Below the pieces are notes generated by a model, which did not search any database, was not told the DNA's origin, and saw only the letters and a program-made list of their open reading frames with translations. Below, one piece after another: positions 1 through 9,067 of a stretch of DNA of 27,217 bases (position 1 is its first letter; the number at the start of each line of letters is the position of its first letter). Location of the stretch: positions 1 through 27,217 of IMG/VR virus record IMGVR_UViG_3300025723_000140. One strand, 5' to 3'. Source of the stretch: a virus (Duplodnaviria; Caudoviricetes). A program made the translations under genes and the position numbers.

Positions 1-18
1 AGTATATCCACCTGACAT
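1..18 (-). CDS. 5' end of a downstream gene (MSGGYT...), runs off the window
   Basis: Minus-strand ATG at 18-16, preceded by GAGGAG (30-25) with a 6-nt spacer; only 6 codons visible. Confidence 0.6.
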
Positions 19-24
19 TTAATA

Positions 25-30
25 CTCCTC
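25..30 (-). promoter_or_regulatory. Shine-Dalgarno site GAGGAG
   Basis: + strand ctcctc at 25-30, 6 nt upstream of a minus-strand ATG. Confidence 0.65.
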
Positions 31-32
31 TG

Positions 33-58
33 TTATGGTTTAATGCTTTTTACCATAA
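33..58. repeat. 7-bp inverted repeat TTATGGT-N12-ACCATAA (operator or hairpin candidate)
   Basis: ttatggt at 33-39 and accataa at 52-58, in the longest intergenic gap, just upstream of an RBS. Confidence 0.35.
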
Positions 59-105
59 GTATTTTAAGAATGCACTACATTTATTTGATTTATAAGGGAA
101 ATTAC

Positions 106-3100
106 TTATCTTTCTATTTTCATAGCTGTAGCTATTCTTTCGCCTTGCAAAGCCAATCTTTCATAAACAGTTTGTAATTCATTTAATTTTTGACGGCGAG
201 CTTCTGGAGGCATAGATTGATTATTATCTATTACTTTCATTTGAGTACGCAGATTAGTCATTTGAGATTGAATGCCACGTAATGCAGGAGCAGCCGCAAT
301 TAACTTACGATTTTGCTCATTGGCCACTAATTCTTTAATCTTTTCTGCTTCACCAAATTTCTTATATTGATTAAATTCATTAACCGTTTCTTGGGCGGTA
401 TGTTCTAAATCATAGAAGTCAGCAATAGCTTTACTGGCTTTAGGGTTAGTCATAAATGATTTAAAGAATGGCATTTCTTCAATATTCTTAGCAGTGCGTT
501 CTTTACCGGTAGCAAGATCTACAGCAGAGCTAGCCATATTCATAGAGAATGCACCAAGTTCAGCGGTATATCCTTGAATTAAATAATCAATCTTAGCTGG
601 AGACAATCCAACTTTATCCAATCCTAATGTGCTTAATTGCTTAGCAACTTCAGATGCACGAGCGCCACGCATTGCTGTTGGAAGATTTTGTTCTCCAACA
701 GATTCGATGGGGCGATGTGTAAAGAATGAATGATTAGTAATAACTTCAAACGCTGGCTTAAATGCTTGTGGCAATGGAACTGCATTTCCCGGAATAGTAT
801 TAGTTACTCCGCTTAAATAAGAACCAAGCACTTCTTTACCAGTACTGTTACCAGCCATATAGCGAACGGTAGCTTCTGGAATAGTCTTGAACAAGAAACC
901 AACCTCGAATGGTACTGGAACCTTGATAAAGGTATGTCCATCACCAAATGGGTTAGGTATTAAGAAGTTATTATCTTTAGTGTAATCAGGTAGCTTCTTA
1001 TAATCATCATCGCCTTGGTACAACATTGCATAAGCTGTAGCCATCACGGACATCATTACCGCCCGCTTAACAAATAATTGTTGCGCCGCTTTCTTTTCCG
1101 CAGGAGGCAGACCATAGCCAGTAGCAGCACGATATACGGTATCCAAGCTGTTTACAGACGCAGACAGGAATGGAATCATATTACGCAGAGCATTGAGCGT
1201 AGGAGAGCTGCCGTGAATAGCAAAGTTAATAGACTCACGTGCTTTAAATACAGCATAGTTCACTGCATCTTCTTTGCTCATTCCCTTGGCTAATGCTTTT
1301 TTCTCTTGATCTTTAAAGAGTGCTACACGGGTTGCTGCATCAGAAGCTTCATGGAACTTCATTGCCTTATGCAAAGCCTTATCCAACATGGATGGAGCTT
1401 TCTTTTCCATGCCAACTTGTTTTAAGAAGTCATGGATATCAATAGTAGAATCCATTTGCCCAATAACACCAGCTCTTGCTAAGATATTGGCTTCTCTGGA
1501 ATCACCACGTAGAACATCAATGTATCCTTTAGCTGCATGGAATGGCGTAACAATACCGCTATCAGTAACCAAGGTAGCATGTACTGGATCACGGATTAAC
1601 TGTTTAATCCAGAACATTGGGTTCAGTAAGGCGCCCGCACGTAACACTTGGTTAGCGGCAGCAAAGCCTTTCATAATTGGACCAAGCTCATAATGCATCA
1701 TCTGGAACGCAGCTAAGTCATTCGGATGTTCAATGATGACGCTTACTATTCCTTGATTATCAGCAAACTCATTACTTGGATCACGATAACGTAAGTTAAT
1801 AGCATCCTTGTTAGCCTCTAAATCTTTAGCGCTCTTACCATTTATAACTTCTGCAAGACCTAAAGACTTCAATTGTTCCGAACCAACTTTACGAGTTTGA
1901 TTCTGGTAAGCAGATGCAACCATAGAGGCATAGTGCTTTTCTACGTTTTCCCAAATGTTTCTAGTGGCTAAAGATCCTTCAAGTTGCTGAATCTTCTTAG
2001 GAGACTTAAGACCAGAGCCACCGAATCCAGTAGGCTGGTCGCTTAGATCTTCACGAGATTTAAACAATGGAACATAAGACTTTTTGCTAAGATAATTGTC
2101 AGCTTGCTCTGATGTAAGCAATCCCACGCTTTCCCATAGTTTGACAAGGCTATCGTTAACATTTTTCCAAATATCTAAAATTTGTTTAACTTCTGGTACA
2201 TTGGCAAGTTGCTTATCTGCCCAATCAATTTGAGCCTGATCAATCTGCAGCTCACGGTTCATGGACTTGTTTTCATAACCTTGCTTACGTAAGTCTTTAG
2301 CACGATTTAAATGACCACGAATCTCTCCAATAGACTTGCCTTCATCACGGGCTGTTTGAGCTGCCTTAATAGCTTCCTTAGCTTCTTTAAGCTGTTGTAC
2401 GCCTAGCTTACGACGTGCAACATCTTCTTCCATAATCTCTTTACCACGCAACGCACGAGCAATTTCAGCAATGTAAGCACGTCCACTTAAGCCAGAAGAC
2501 TTAACAAATGCGTTATTGTCAATGCTATCTGCAATGGTTTGAGAGCGAGCTAAGTTGTTTTCGCTAGCATCAATAATGATGGAACCGTCTTTATTGAGAA
2601 CTGGCATACCAGTCAATAGACCGTTCTTAATTAAGTTAATACTTTGAGCCTGTGAATGGTTCAACATATCAGCACGAAGCTGACCATTGGTGTCAAACAC
2701 TGGCAATGACTGAAGACTCTTAGTTAATCCAGAGCTAGGATCAACCCATTCATTACGTAACTTAGTCCATTTATCTGAATCATTCCAAGCATTTTGAATG
2801 TTAGCGTTAATAGTCTGTAGCTTCTCACCAGCAGTTTGCTGCGGCGCAATCTTAGTAAATGCTTTAGGAGGAGCATTGCTATAGGTACGTTCAGCCTTTA
2901 AACCTTCCGAGGGCGCTTTAGTCTCTGCAAATTTACCTGCGGCTGCTTCACCAAATACGTCATTAGCTGTTCTGAATCCAGCACCACGTAATACGTTACC
3001 AATACGTTTAAGGATATTGATAGCCTTAGACATAATAGATTTTTCTTTGGGCGCCAAAGTTTGATGATCTGCAAACGCTTTAGCAATAGCTTCTTCGTAC

Positions 3101-5841
3101 TGGATTTCTTTGCTTTTATCTGCATAGTCTTCGGCAATGTTGTACTTCTTCATCCATGTAGATTTAGCTTTATCTGTCAGCAACTTCCAATCGGCATCTG
3201 AAAAGAATCCAAGATCACGCATAGCATGTAATGCTTCGTGATTCATTGTCCGGAACATATTGGATCCAGACAAAGATAGATTAACTAGCTTTTGGAAATA
3301 GTATCCATTAATAGGAGACATCTTACCGTCTCGAATTTCGTGTAATGTATCTTCTAAGCGCAGCGCAACATTATGCAATCCCATATCATCAAGGGCTTTG
3401 CGTAATTTTCTAGCAAGTTCTTTCTCTTCTGCAATGAACTTATCAGTAAATGGCGTAGCCCGCTCAAATAACTCTGGCTCTGGTGCTAGACCTTCATCAA
3501 ATACTTGATCCATTGTGCGAGCTGGGCGCTCACCAAACATATCAGTACCGCCTTGTTCTACTTCATTTAATGCAGCGTTCCCAAGTTTATTTAAACGTTG
3601 TGCAATACGCTTACCAGATCTAGCATTCTCAGCTAATACTTGCATAACCTTAACCGTATTAGGATCAAGAGTCATATCAGCGTTCTTAAGCATTTCAGCT
3701 AAGGGAATACCCTGACGTCTAGCATTAACTGCCATTTCAGCAGCTTGAATGATTTGCGGACGAATATCAAATTCTGTGCCTTCAAGTCTAGCCATTACTG
3801 AAGCTGCCTCACGCAATCCTTTTAAGACTAACTTAGCCTCTGGATCTTGAGCTTGAGCTACCAAGTTAATTAAGTTGTCGCTGTTGTAAGCCTTTTGAAA
3901 AATAGCATTATCTAAACGCTCTACTGCTTGACGAGTAGGGGCGCCCTTTTCATCCATCAGTTTGTTTTGTTCTGTTGTTGGCATGGATTTAACAAACCCA
4001 TAAACCGCTTCTGGAGTTAGATCACCAGCATCATTGAACTTTAATCCAGTAAAGTCAAAACGATTAACGTCATTCTTGGCTTGCTCTACGGCAGATAACT
4101 CTGCATTGCTAGCAGTGTTAGAAATATCAGCAATATCTGGAGTAATTTCTGATTGTGGCATTACTCGAACCAATACTGGATTAGCCATTCCTTTAATGAC
4201 ATCAGGATTAATACCATGGGTATCATCTTTAGCCATCTCTGCTTTGTATGCTTCTGCAGTGCCACGTTGATAGGCTGCTTGTAAACCAGCTACACGACCA
4301 TTCCCAGCAATTGCTTTAAGACCGGGAAATGATTCATCTCCATGAGCAGGATTAACACTGCCATCAGCATTGTTTGAAGGCAATACTTCATTAGCTTCAA
4401 TAACTGCATATTGAACAGGTATTTTACGACCATCTACAGTAGTGGCAACAGATTGTTTTCCTAGTTGAGCCGGAGAAACTTGTGCTGCGCCACTTACCAC
4501 TGGTGCGCCATTATTAAAATCTTTAGAAAAGCTGACCCGATCATAGTCTGGAGCAGCCGCAATCTGATTCATTTGTGAAATAGATGCAGGAGATTTTCTA
4601 TTGCGATTTTGCAACACTGCGCCAGATGGCATTTCATTTGCTATAGGTGCCGTAACTGCGGGAATAGGCGCTACGGCTGCAGGAACGGCTACAGGAGCTG
4701 TTTGAATAGGGGGAATAGGTGAAACTATAGGAGCAGCTTGTGGAGGCGCTATAGGCGCTTCAGGAGGTGCTACAGGTGCAACAGGTTGGATAGGCGCTAA
4801 TCCAGCAGAAGTTACTGGTTCTGCGGTTGGATAAACATCCGTTACTTTTGGAGGACGTACCTCTGCTTCTTCTTGAGGTTGCCCGCTAGGTGTTAACCCC
4901 AATCCTTTTAATTGCGCTCTAGCAGAACGGTTTTCATGGAATCCAGCAGCAGCACCTAATGGGGATTGTAATAAGCTGCCATATACTGCATGACCATAAC
5001 CCTCAATAGCCTCCTTAGAAAACAAATCTTGACCAGATTGCCAACGAGTTAAGATATCTTGAGCTGGGTTAACTAATGACTCTTCTAATGCCACTCTTCC
5101 AGTTCCTGTAGCTACAGACTTTAAAGTAGATTGCGCTGCATTAACTAATTGTTTTTCAGCAATAGCTTTTTCGGCAACCGTAGTAGGAACTTTTCCAAAA
5201 ATACCTTTTAAAAAGTTTTTACCGAATGCATATACTTGACCTGCCTCTTCTAAGGCTGCCTGTCCGGTAGCGGAAATGGCTGCTTTTGTGCGGCTTACGT
5301 CAATTGGTTTGCCTTTTTCCTGTGCTTCTCTTGCTTGCTCTGCTAGATTTTCTGAAAAGAATTGTGGAAACAATGCAGCAAAACCACCAGCATAAGCACC
5401 AAGAGTAGTTCCTAGTCCCGGAACTGCAGATCCTACTCCTGCTCCTACTACGTTACCAGCTATAGCAGTAGCCATTTGTGGAGCGCTAGAAGCAATAGCC
5501 CCCGGCATTTGTGATGCCACTTCAGCAGTAGCACCAAGGACTCCGTTTTTCTCGTAAGCTTTACCTACGTCCGCAATGTTACGGACTTGACCAGCTTGAC
5601 GGTTGATCTCATCTTGCTTTTTAACTGCTTCTGCGGCTGCTTTATTAGCGGTATCTTGAGATGCAACAGAGTTGAAGAACTGATCATAGTCAGCTCCAAT
5701 CTGCTGCAGACCAGCTTTAAAACGGCTTCCTACCGTAGCTTCTTTTTCTCCAGCAGCACCGGGCTTTAGTCCAGAATAATCATCTTCCCATGGCGCCTTT
5801 TCAGCAGACCCATAGTTCTCTTCCCACGGTTGGAGAGCCAT
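106..5841 (-). CDS. Large polyvalent internal virion/ejection protein: N-terminal Gly/Ala hydrophobic region, Pro-rich linker, ddrB-like ParB domain, zincin-like HExxH metallopeptidase, C-terminal LPD38-like domain
   Basis: 1911-aa ORF, last of the ejection cluster. Motifs LQNRNR...GAPVV...VQYAVIEA...AGNGR (ddrB-ParB-like), NHEALH...EEAIA (MPTase-like), KVPVPFEVG...NHSFFTHRPIE...SPAKIDYLIQGYT (LPD38-like). Confidence 0.8.
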   Translation of the reverse strand: MALQPWEENYGSAEKAPWEDDYSGLKPGAAGEKEATVGSRFKAGLQQIGADYDQFFNSVASQDTANKAAAEAVKKQDEINRQAGQVRNIADVGKAYEKNGVLGATAEVASQMPGAIASSAPQMATAIAGNVVGAGVGSAVPGLGTTLGAYAGGFAALFPQFFSENLAEQAREAQEKGKPIDVSRTKAAISATGQAALEEAGQVYAFGKNFLKGIFGKVPTTVAEKAIAEKQLVNAAQSTLKSVATGTGRVALEESLVNPAQDILTRWQSGQDLFSKEAIEGYGHAVYGSLLQSPLGAAAGFHENRSARAQLKGLGLTPSGQPQEEAEVRPPKVTDVYPTAEPVTSAGLAPIQPVAPVAPPEAPIAPPQAAPIVSPIPPIQTAPVAVPAAVAPIPAVTAPIANEMPSGAVLQNRNRKSPASISQMNQIAAAPDYDRVSFSKDFNNGAPVVSGAAQVSPAQLGKQSVATTVDGRKIPVQYAVIEANEVLPSNNADGSVNPAHGDESFPGLKAIAGNGRVAGLQAAYQRGTAEAYKAEMAKDDTHGINPDVIKGMANPVLVRVMPQSEITPDIADISNTASNAELSAVEQAKNDVNRFDFTGLKFNDAGDLTPEAVYGFVKSMPTTEQNKLMDEKGAPTRQAVERLDNAIFQKAYNSDNLINLVAQAQDPEAKLVLKGLREAASVMARLEGTEFDIRPQIIQAAEMAVNARRQGIPLAEMLKNADMTLDPNTVKVMQVLAENARSGKRIAQRLNKLGNAALNEVEQGGTDMFGERPARTMDQVFDEGLAPEPELFERATPFTDKFIAEEKELARKLRKALDDMGLHNVALRLEDTLHEIRDGKMSPINGYYFQKLVNLSLSGSNMFRTMNHEALHAMRDLGFFSDADWKLLTDKAKSTWMKKYNIAEDYADKSKEIQYEEAIAKAFADHQTLAPKEKSIMSKAINILKRIGNVLRGAGFRTANDVFGEAAAGKFAETKAPSEGLKAERTYSNAPPKAFTKIAPQQTAGEKLQTINANIQNAWNDSDKWTKLRNEWVDPSSGLTKSLQSLPVFDTNGQLRADMLNHSQAQSINLIKNGLLTGMPVLNKDGSIIIDASENNLARSQTIADSIDNNAFVKSSGLSGRAYIAEIARALRGKEIMEEDVARRKLGVQQLKEAKEAIKAAQTARDEGKSIGEIRGHLNRAKDLRKQGYENKSMNRELQIDQAQIDWADKQLANVPEVKQILDIWKNVNDSLVKLWESVGLLTSEQADNYLSKKSYVPLFKSREDLSDQPTGFGGSGLKSPKKIQQLEGSLATRNIWENVEKHYASMVASAYQNQTRKVGSEQLKSLGLAEVINGKSAKDLEANKDAINLRYRDPSNEFADNQGIVSVIIEHPNDLAAFQMMHYELGPIMKGFAAANQVLRAGALLNPMFWIKQLIRDPVHATLVTDSGIVTPFHAAKGYIDVLRGDSREANILARAGVIGQMDSTIDIHDFLKQVGMEKKAPSMLDKALHKAMKFHEASDAATRVALFKDQEKKALAKGMSKEDAVNYAVFKARESINFAIHGSSPTLNALRNMIPFLSASVNSLDTVYRAATGYGLPPAEKKAAQQLFVKRAVMMSVMATAYAMLYQGDDDYKKLPDYTKDNNFLIPNPFGDGHTFIKVPVPFEVGFLFKTIPEATVRYMAGNSTGKEVLGSYLSGVTNTIPGNAVPLPQAFKPAFEVITNHSFFTHRPIESVGEQNLPTAMRGARASEVAKQLSTLGLDKVGLSPAKIDYLIQGYTAELGAFSMNMASSAVDLATGKERTAKNIEEMPFFKSFMTNPKASKAIADFYDLEHTAQETVNEFNQYKKFGEAEKIKELVANEQNRKLIAAAPALRGIQSQMTNLRTQMKVIDNNQSMPPEARRQKLNELQTVYERLALQGERIATAMKIER

Positions 5842-7922
5842 TAAACTTTTTCCCAGTTTTTCTGATCGTTAGGATTACCGCCTTTGAATTTGTAGCCTCC
5901 CTTAATGGTTCCAATTTCAGGGGCGCCAGTAGTGGGTGCTAATTTTGACATATTAAGACCAATAGTTTGAGCTAATTGTTGAACGTATGGATCACCGTAA
6001 ATAAATGCATTTTTCTCTGCTTCAGATTTTCCAGCATTATTTATGTCGTCTTTCCATGCTTTTTCTTTATACTTCAAAGCTTCTTGATAAATTTGATTTG
6101 CATGTTGTTTTTCAGAAATATCGTGCGCCCGCATTCTTTCAGCAAGTTCAGCTTGCGCTCTAGTTTCTCCAGACTTCAGCCTAGCACCTTCTTGACCAAG
6201 AGAGGCTTCTCTATATGCTTTAGTTAATTCACGAGTTTCAGCAGCAGCTTCTTCTGCAGACTTATATTTAGCCAAACCAAGACGAGAAGACATAATATCT
6301 TTGGCAGCTTCATTTTGTTGCTTTTTAAGAGCAGCATAAGTTTCAACACCTTTTGCTCCACCAGCACCAATATTTTGCATTGCATAAGGAGAGCTACCAG
6401 CCATCATTCCAAGACCAGCTTGCATCAGCGCAAGATAAGAATTCATATCGCCACTAGCTTTAGCCTCTGCAGCACGTTGCTCAATATCTTTAGCCAACAA
6501 ATCAAAATACTCTTCTGATTTAGATTTAGGTGCTGGAGCAGGCTCTTCTCCTATAGGTGCGGCTCTATTAAGCTCGCTATCAGTAGGTCCAATACCGCCT
6601 TGTGGAGGATAGTTAAATTGTGTTTTTGGTATGTTTTTGTTGCCTTCAGTAATTGCAGCATAACGATTTTTTTCTGCCGGAGTCATTTCTAAGGCAGAAG
6701 TATTTGCAACCGGTGCTGATGGAACTGGTGTATTTGATCCTGCTGGAGTTTTATAACCAACTTCAGGAGCTTTGTTTGGATTCATTGATGCTGCACGGAA
6801 TCTTTCGGCTTGACTTTCAACTGGCTCATTAACAAATTTATTAACTCCAACCGCAAAAGGATCGCCAATATTTTCTTTATACATTTTATATAAATCATAA
6901 TTGCTTGGGGTAGTTAACGCATCTGCAGCATTTTTTACCAAATCAACTACACCACGGCTACGTTGCAAATATGCATTGTCTTTAAGACTATCATCTTTTA
7001 CATCGCTCTCTTGTGTACCATCAAAATGCTTTACTTCTCCACCGCTAGCATATTTAACGTAATTCTGAGTTTCTGGTTTTAAAGATTCAATGCCACGTCC
7101 GCTTTTTAACATTTCTTGTACACGTCCGGGGCCAGCATTATAAGCAGCTAAAGCAAGAGTTTTATCTTTAAACTTATCCATCATGTTGGCAAGATAGCGT
7201 ACACCACCACGAGTATTGTCTTCTGGATCTGCAATATTAACGCCAATCTCTTTAGCTGTTCCGGGCATTAATTGCATAGGACCAAAGGCACCGGCGCTAG
7301 AACGAGCTGTAGCTGGATCCTTATGACCACCAGTTTCTTTATACAAAACATGTCGAACCATTGCAGGATCAAGACCTAATTTTTTTGCTTCATCTAAAGC
7401 AATAGCTTCATAAGGATGTGATCCTTTAGAAGACAAGCTAGATATGCCGGATGCTTTTGCTTTTTCTGCATCATAAGACTGTGGCATCTTTAAGCCTTTT
7501 AAACCAGCAATAACTTCTTCTACATTAATACCAGTTGGAAAAAGTTTAGCCATTTCACGGTCTTCATCTTCTTCATCGTCTGCAGAACCACCATCAGCGA
7601 AAGCAACAATACCACCACTAGCAAAGCCTTGACCCATTCCAGATGGCAATTGTGCCACTCCGGGTTGGTTTTCTGGTAATTGCTGAGGCATTGGTTGTTG
7701 TGGCGCCATTTGAGGTGGCATTTGTGGAGCTGTAACTTGAGATAGCACATCATTTGCAACAGTAGAATGTGGAGGCTGATCTATCGTCTGCAATTGCTGA
7801 CGGCGCTGAATCTCAGCTAAAGCCAAGAATTGAGGAACTACGCTGTTAGGGTTTTGTGCATACCCAACAAGCGTGTTTTGTGGCACATCTTTTAACTGTT
7901 CTGATAATTGTGCAATATTCAT
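5841..7922 (-). CDS. Ejection protein with soluble lytic transglycosylase (SLT) domain
   Basis: 693 aa; SLT motifs KETGG, SSAGAFGPMQLMPGTA, ALAAYNAGPGRV, ETQNYV; helical C-terminal half; TAATG coupling to the next gene. Confidence 0.85.
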   Translation of the reverse strand: MNIAQLSEQLKDVPQNTLVGYAQNPNSVVPQFLALAEIQRRQQLQTIDQPPHSTVANDVLSQVTAPQMPPQMAPQQPMPQQLPENQPGVAQLPSGMGQGFASGGIVAFADGGSADDEEDEDREMAKLFPTGINVEEVIAGLKGLKMPQSYDAEKAKASGISSLSSKGSHPYEAIALDEAKKLGLDPAMVRHVLYKETGGHKDPATARSSAGAFGPMQLMPGTAKEIGVNIADPEDNTRGGVRYLANMMDKFKDKTLALAAYNAGPGRVQEMLKSGRGIESLKPETQNYVKYASGGEVKHFDGTQESDVKDDSLKDNAYLQRSRGVVDLVKNAADALTTPSNYDLYKMYKENIGDPFAVGVNKFVNEPVESQAERFRAASMNPNKAPEVGYKTPAGSNTPVPSAPVANTSALEMTPAEKNRYAAITEGNKNIPKTQFNYPPQGGIGPTDSELNRAAPIGEEPAPAPKSKSEEYFDLLAKDIEQRAAEAKASGDMNSYLALMQAGLGMMAGSSPYAMQNIGAGGAKGVETYAALKKQQNEAAKDIMSSRLGLAKYKSAEEAAAETRELTKAYREASLGQEGARLKSGETRAQAELAERMRAHDISEKQHANQIYQEALKYKEKAWKDDINNAGKSEAEKNAFIYGDPYVQQLAQTIGLNMSKLAPTTGAPEIGTIKGGYKFKGGNPNDQKNWEKV

Positions 7923-7924
7923 AC

Positions 7925-9064
7925 TTAACCTAATAATTGATGTAGTTTGATGTCTGCCAAACTAGAGCCTTGGCTTTTAACTATGCCACCTTTTGCGTAT
8001 CGTTTTGCTTTAATTCGACCGCCTTTAGCGTTCATATTTGGATCATATGTGAAACCTTGATCTGCAGCAGCATTAACAATATCTTGTGAACTAGTTTGTC
8101 CTGTAGATGTTGGAGTATTTGCAGAGCCACTATATTGATAACTATTGTCTGGGCCGGTACTTACAGCGCTAGTAGCGTTGGTTCCAGTAGAGGCACCTCC
8201 AAATGGATTCTTAAGTAATCCTGCTTGGTTTAATGCACCAAGACCACCTATTGCAGTAAGACCTATACCGCCAACTTGAGATGCAATGTTAGGGGCTGCT
8301 TGATAGCCAGTAGTAGTTTGCGAACCAACAGGTAGGCCAGACAGCATACTTTTCTGAAACTGTAATTGTTGATACGGCAAATTGTATTGTTGTGCGCCAA
8401 ATTGATTTTGTAAATTTGCAATACCCATCTGAGCGGCATTTTGTGCAGACCCAGCACCTGTAAGTCCAGCGGCAGATTGATTGGCAGTATTCAAACCTTG
8501 TAAACCTAAATTAGCACCAAACTGCTGTGCTTGTTGAGCTTGTTGAAATGCTGTGTTATATCCTTGACCAATAGCAGTTTGTCTTGCTAAATCAAAGTTT
8601 TGAGCATTTAATCCTTGTGCTAAAGTTTCACGATTACCACCAAATGCGCCAGCGCCTGTAGCTTGACCTTGAATTTGCTGACCCTGTAGTGCTTGCTGTT
8701 GATTAAGCATCTGCAGTTGTGGCGCAAGAGATTGTTGAATATAAGGGTTCATGTAAGCTTGGATTGAACCAGGATCTGTAGCCATGTTTGCGTAGTTCTG
8801 ACCTACATTCATTGCAGATGGAGCTACTTGACCATAGATATTGGTAGCCTGACCAAACTGTCCTGGAGTCTGCATATTGGCAGCGCCCGCATAGGATTGG
8901 TTCATCAACGCATTAGGAGCGGAACCTTGGTTTACTAAGTTTTGAGTAGCCCCCAACATGCTATTAACATATGGTTGCGCCCAGCTATTAATGCCACCAG
9001 TTGTAACTTGTTGTGATTGGGGCTTAGAGGTATCTATTCCCTGTGAAGAAAAAATTGATCCCAT
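7925..9064 (-). CDS. Gln/Gly/Ala-rich ejection (DNA pilot/transfer) protein
   Basis: 379 aa, low-complexity Q/A/G with YMNPY and GAGAFGGNR motifs typical of podovirus DNA-transfer proteins; lies between the nozzle and the SLT protein. Confidence 0.7.
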   Translation of the reverse strand: MGSIFSSQGIDTSKPQSQQVTTGGINSWAQPYVNSMLGATQNLVNQGSAPNALMNQSYAGAANMQTPGQFGQATNIYGQVAPSAMNVGQNYANMATDPGSIQAYMNPYIQQSLAPQLQMLNQQQALQGQQIQGQATGAGAFGGNRETLAQGLNAQNFDLARQTAIGQGYNTAFQQAQQAQQFGANLGLQGLNTANQSAAGLTGAGSAQNAAQMGIANLQNQFGAQQYNLPYQQLQFQKSMLSGLPVGSQTTTGYQAAPNIASQVGGIGLTAIGGLGALNQAGLLKNPFGGASTGTNATSAVSTGPDNSYQYSGSANTPTSTGQTSSQDIVNAAADQGFTYDPNMNAKGGRIKAKRYAKGGIVKSQGSSLADIKLHQLLG

Positions 9065-9067
9065 ATA

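Noticed and set aside
19-105. Intrinsic terminator after the 1911-aa gene
   Set aside because: The only inverted repeat is AT-rich with a long loop and has no U-tract on the minus strand.
106-5841. Tape-measure protein or virion RNA polymerase call for the 1911-aa ORF
   Set aside because: No tail tube or tape-measure chaperone genes are visible and I recognised no polymerase catalytic motifs; polyvalent-protein motifs fit better.
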